Assembly (NCBI GenBank): GCA_015056815.1
Contig: SVFN01000028.1
Span: 399-64,398 of the forward strand
Direction of reading: 5' to 3'
Origin: Lachnospiraceae bacterium
Lineage (GTDB): Bacteria; Bacillota; Clostridia; Lachnospirales; Lachnospiraceae
Length of the DNA stretch: 64,000 bases
Shown: positions 62,526 through 64,000 of the stretch, piece by piece
Layout: every line of letters begins with the position of its first letter
Numbering within the stretch: position 1 is the first letter of the stretch
Notes under the pieces: generated by a model
What the model was told of the DNA's origin: nothing
Database searches by the model: none
What the model saw: only the letters and a program-made list of their open reading frames with translations
Translations under genes and position numbers: made by a program

Positions 62526-62721
62526 TCCGAAAGTACGGGAATTACTTAGGGCTGTGATCCGAAGTGACAGGAATGAAACCGGTAAAATGGGCAGCGATCG
62601 GAAAAAATCGTCTGAATCATGACAACGCTTTGCGAAACCGATGGGATCGCAAAGCGTTTTGATACTCTGTGCATGGACAGACAAACAATGTTTCGTAAAA
62701 ATGCAATAACAGGGAGGCAAC

Positions 62722-64000
62722 ATGAGAGGCAGGCTATATCGGCTGGGTTTGTGCGTGATATTCGTGGTGTTACTTTTATTACAGGGGGCATACGAACCGG
62801 TACAGGAGGTATTGGCACCGGCAGAAGGCGTGGATGCTTTGTATGTCTGGTATACGGATGAGGCACTGACGGATTATCTGAACAGAGTGGCACTCACATT
62901 TAAAGAGAAACACAATGGCCAGATCATTGTGGTGCCCAGACTTGCATCAGGTCCGGAATATCTGGAGCAGATCGATGACAGCAGGAATACGCCGGAGACG
63001 GCAGATGTTTATCTTTTAAGCAATGATGCATTGGGAAAGGCTTATCTGGCGGGACTGGCAGTACCGTTCGAAGGAGAGATGAAGTCTTTGATCACACAAG
63101 ATGATTATCCGGAGACTGCGTTGCGGGCGGTTACCTATGAAGACAAGCTTGTGGGGTGTCCGTTCTATTATGAGACTGCGATCTTTCTTTGCAATGAGAC
63201 ATACCTGAATCAGATGGCCCGGACGGCGGTGGCGGCGCAGGCAGATGCGGCCGAAGGAGAGGCGGCGATGCAGGCGGTCGCATCCATGAGCGATGAGGAA
63301 CTGGCGGCGCAGGTAAGCGGGAATGCAATAGAAGACGGGACAAATGACGCAGAAGATCCGGTGAGTGTCAGCGGAAATATTCTCGAGGATCAAAAGGCGC
63401 AGATGATCCCCAGGATGATCGAGGATATCATGAATTTTGCGGAAACCTATGATGCGCCGGAGAATGTGGATTCCATTTTGAAATGGGATGTATCGGATAT
63501 TTTCTTTGATTATTTTTTTGCGGGAGACTGTATTGGAGTCGGAGGAGAGAACGGAGACAGCAAAGAGGTAATCGATATTTATAATCCGCGGGCGGTGGAA
63601 GCCCTTACCCTCTATCAGCAGTTAAATCAGTTTTTCTCCATGGAGACATCATCGACGACGTATGAGTCGGTACTCAATGATTTTATCGAGGGAAAGACGG
63701 TCTTTACCATCGCGACGACGGATGCAGTCGAAAAGCTGGAAGCTGTGAAGAAAGAAGGCAGATTTCCCTATGATTATAAAGTGCTTGCACTTCCCGACAT
63801 CAGGCAGGACATCGTGGCAAGGAGTCTGTCCGTAACCTATGCGACAGCCGTGAGCGGCTATACGCAGAATCGGGAGCTGGCACAGGAACTCGCGGTTTAT
63901 CTGACGAAGCCGGCAGACGATCATTTCTATGATAAAACCGGGAAAGTGCCTGCATACAAAAAAGCGCTCGGATCGGATGATACCATGACGGCGATCCTTA
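62722..64000 (+). CDS. Extracellular solute-binding protein, family 1 (MalE-like), 5' part; runs off the window
   Basis: The frame is open from the ATG at 62722 (AGGGAGG RBS) to the window edge with no stop by hand translation. It is absent from the ORF track. N-terminal anchor LGLCVIFVVLLLL, then ..LYVWYTDEALTDYL...DVYLLSNDALGKAYLAGLA..., which is solute-binding-protein-like. Confidence 0.55.
   Translation, partial: MRGRLYRLGLCVIFVVLLLLQGAYEPVQEVLAPAEGVDALYVWYTDEALTDYLNRVALTFKEKHNGQIIVVPRLASGPEYLEQIDDSRNTPETADVYLLSNDALGKAYLAGLAVPFEGEMKSLITQDDYPETALRAVTYEDKLVGCPFYYETAIFLCNETYLNQMARTAVAAQADAAEGEAAMQAVASMSDEELAAQVSGNAIEDGTNDAEDPVSVSGNILEDQKAQMIPRMIEDIMNFAETYDAPENVDSILKWDVSDIFFDYFFAGDCIGVGGENGDSKEVIDIYNPRAVEALTLYQQLNQFFSMETSSTTYESVLNDFIEGKTVFTIATTDAVEKLEAVKKEGRFPYDYKVLALPDIRQDIVARSLSVTYATAVSGYTQNRELAQELAVYLTKPADDHFYDKTGKVPAYKKALGSDDTMTAIL

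Noticed and set aside
1-64000. Search for a defence island, prophage or mobile-element genes (integrase, transposase, reverse transcriptase, Cas, restriction-modification, toxin-antitoxin)
   Set aside because: No ORF in the track shows the corresponding motifs. The window reads as core chromosome. The only mobile-element-like signals are the two hairpin arrays, which carry no coding capacity.

Overview
This window looks like a chromosomal, mostly housekeeping segment of a spore-forming Clostridia genome, probably Lachnospiraceae-like. That placement rests only on gene content and codon style, because no database search could be run. Coding density is high on both strands.

Genes recognised from protein motifs:
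- valS-(FapA/DUF342)-folC.
- spoIIAA-spoIIAB-sigF, plus a dispersed spoVA set (spoVAA/AB, spoVAC, spoVAD, spoVAE).
- truA, ridA, degV and a Nudix hydrolase.
- An arginine cluster: argG divergent from argC-(Cys micro-ORF)-GNAT-argB-argD.
- A MacB-type ABC module with a large surface protein.
- A large GH30-like multidomain surface glycosidase and an intracellular GH13 enzyme.
- A PadR-DUF1700-DUF4097-PspC envelope module.
- A sensor kinase / YtfQ-like binding protein / AraC-type response regulator set, next to an AraR-like repressor and a CUT2 sugar ABC transporter.
- Three GGDEF-family signalling proteins.

I found no transposase, integrase, reverse transcriptase, Cas gene, CRISPR array, tRNA or rRNA.

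The signal the gene list explains least is a pair of related non-coding tandem arrays. One has a 132-bp unit (about 2.7 copies, 14282-14634). The other has a 108-bp unit (about 2.6 copies, 47831-48114).
- Each unit is built from three hairpins, and most hairpin tips read CGAATG or CGAAG.
- The two arrays share a 13-nt core (GACGCGAATGCGT) and an 11-nt junction (AACGAGGAAAA), in the same order and orientation.
- Both arrays end inside a hairpin loop.
- The second array starts a few nt after a near-consensus promoter, so it appears to form the entire 5' leader of truA.

Secondary curiosities:
- Charge-complementary cytoplasmic tails in the ABC module.
- An Ala/Glu/Lys-rich SHOCT-domain protein.
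- A HAD-CPBP fusion.
- A nuclease-XPD/DinG helicase fusion.
- A small DnaA-box cluster.
- An arg operon in which a short GNAT sits where argJ usually is.

All product calls come from motif recognition by eye and need HMM or BLAST confirmation.
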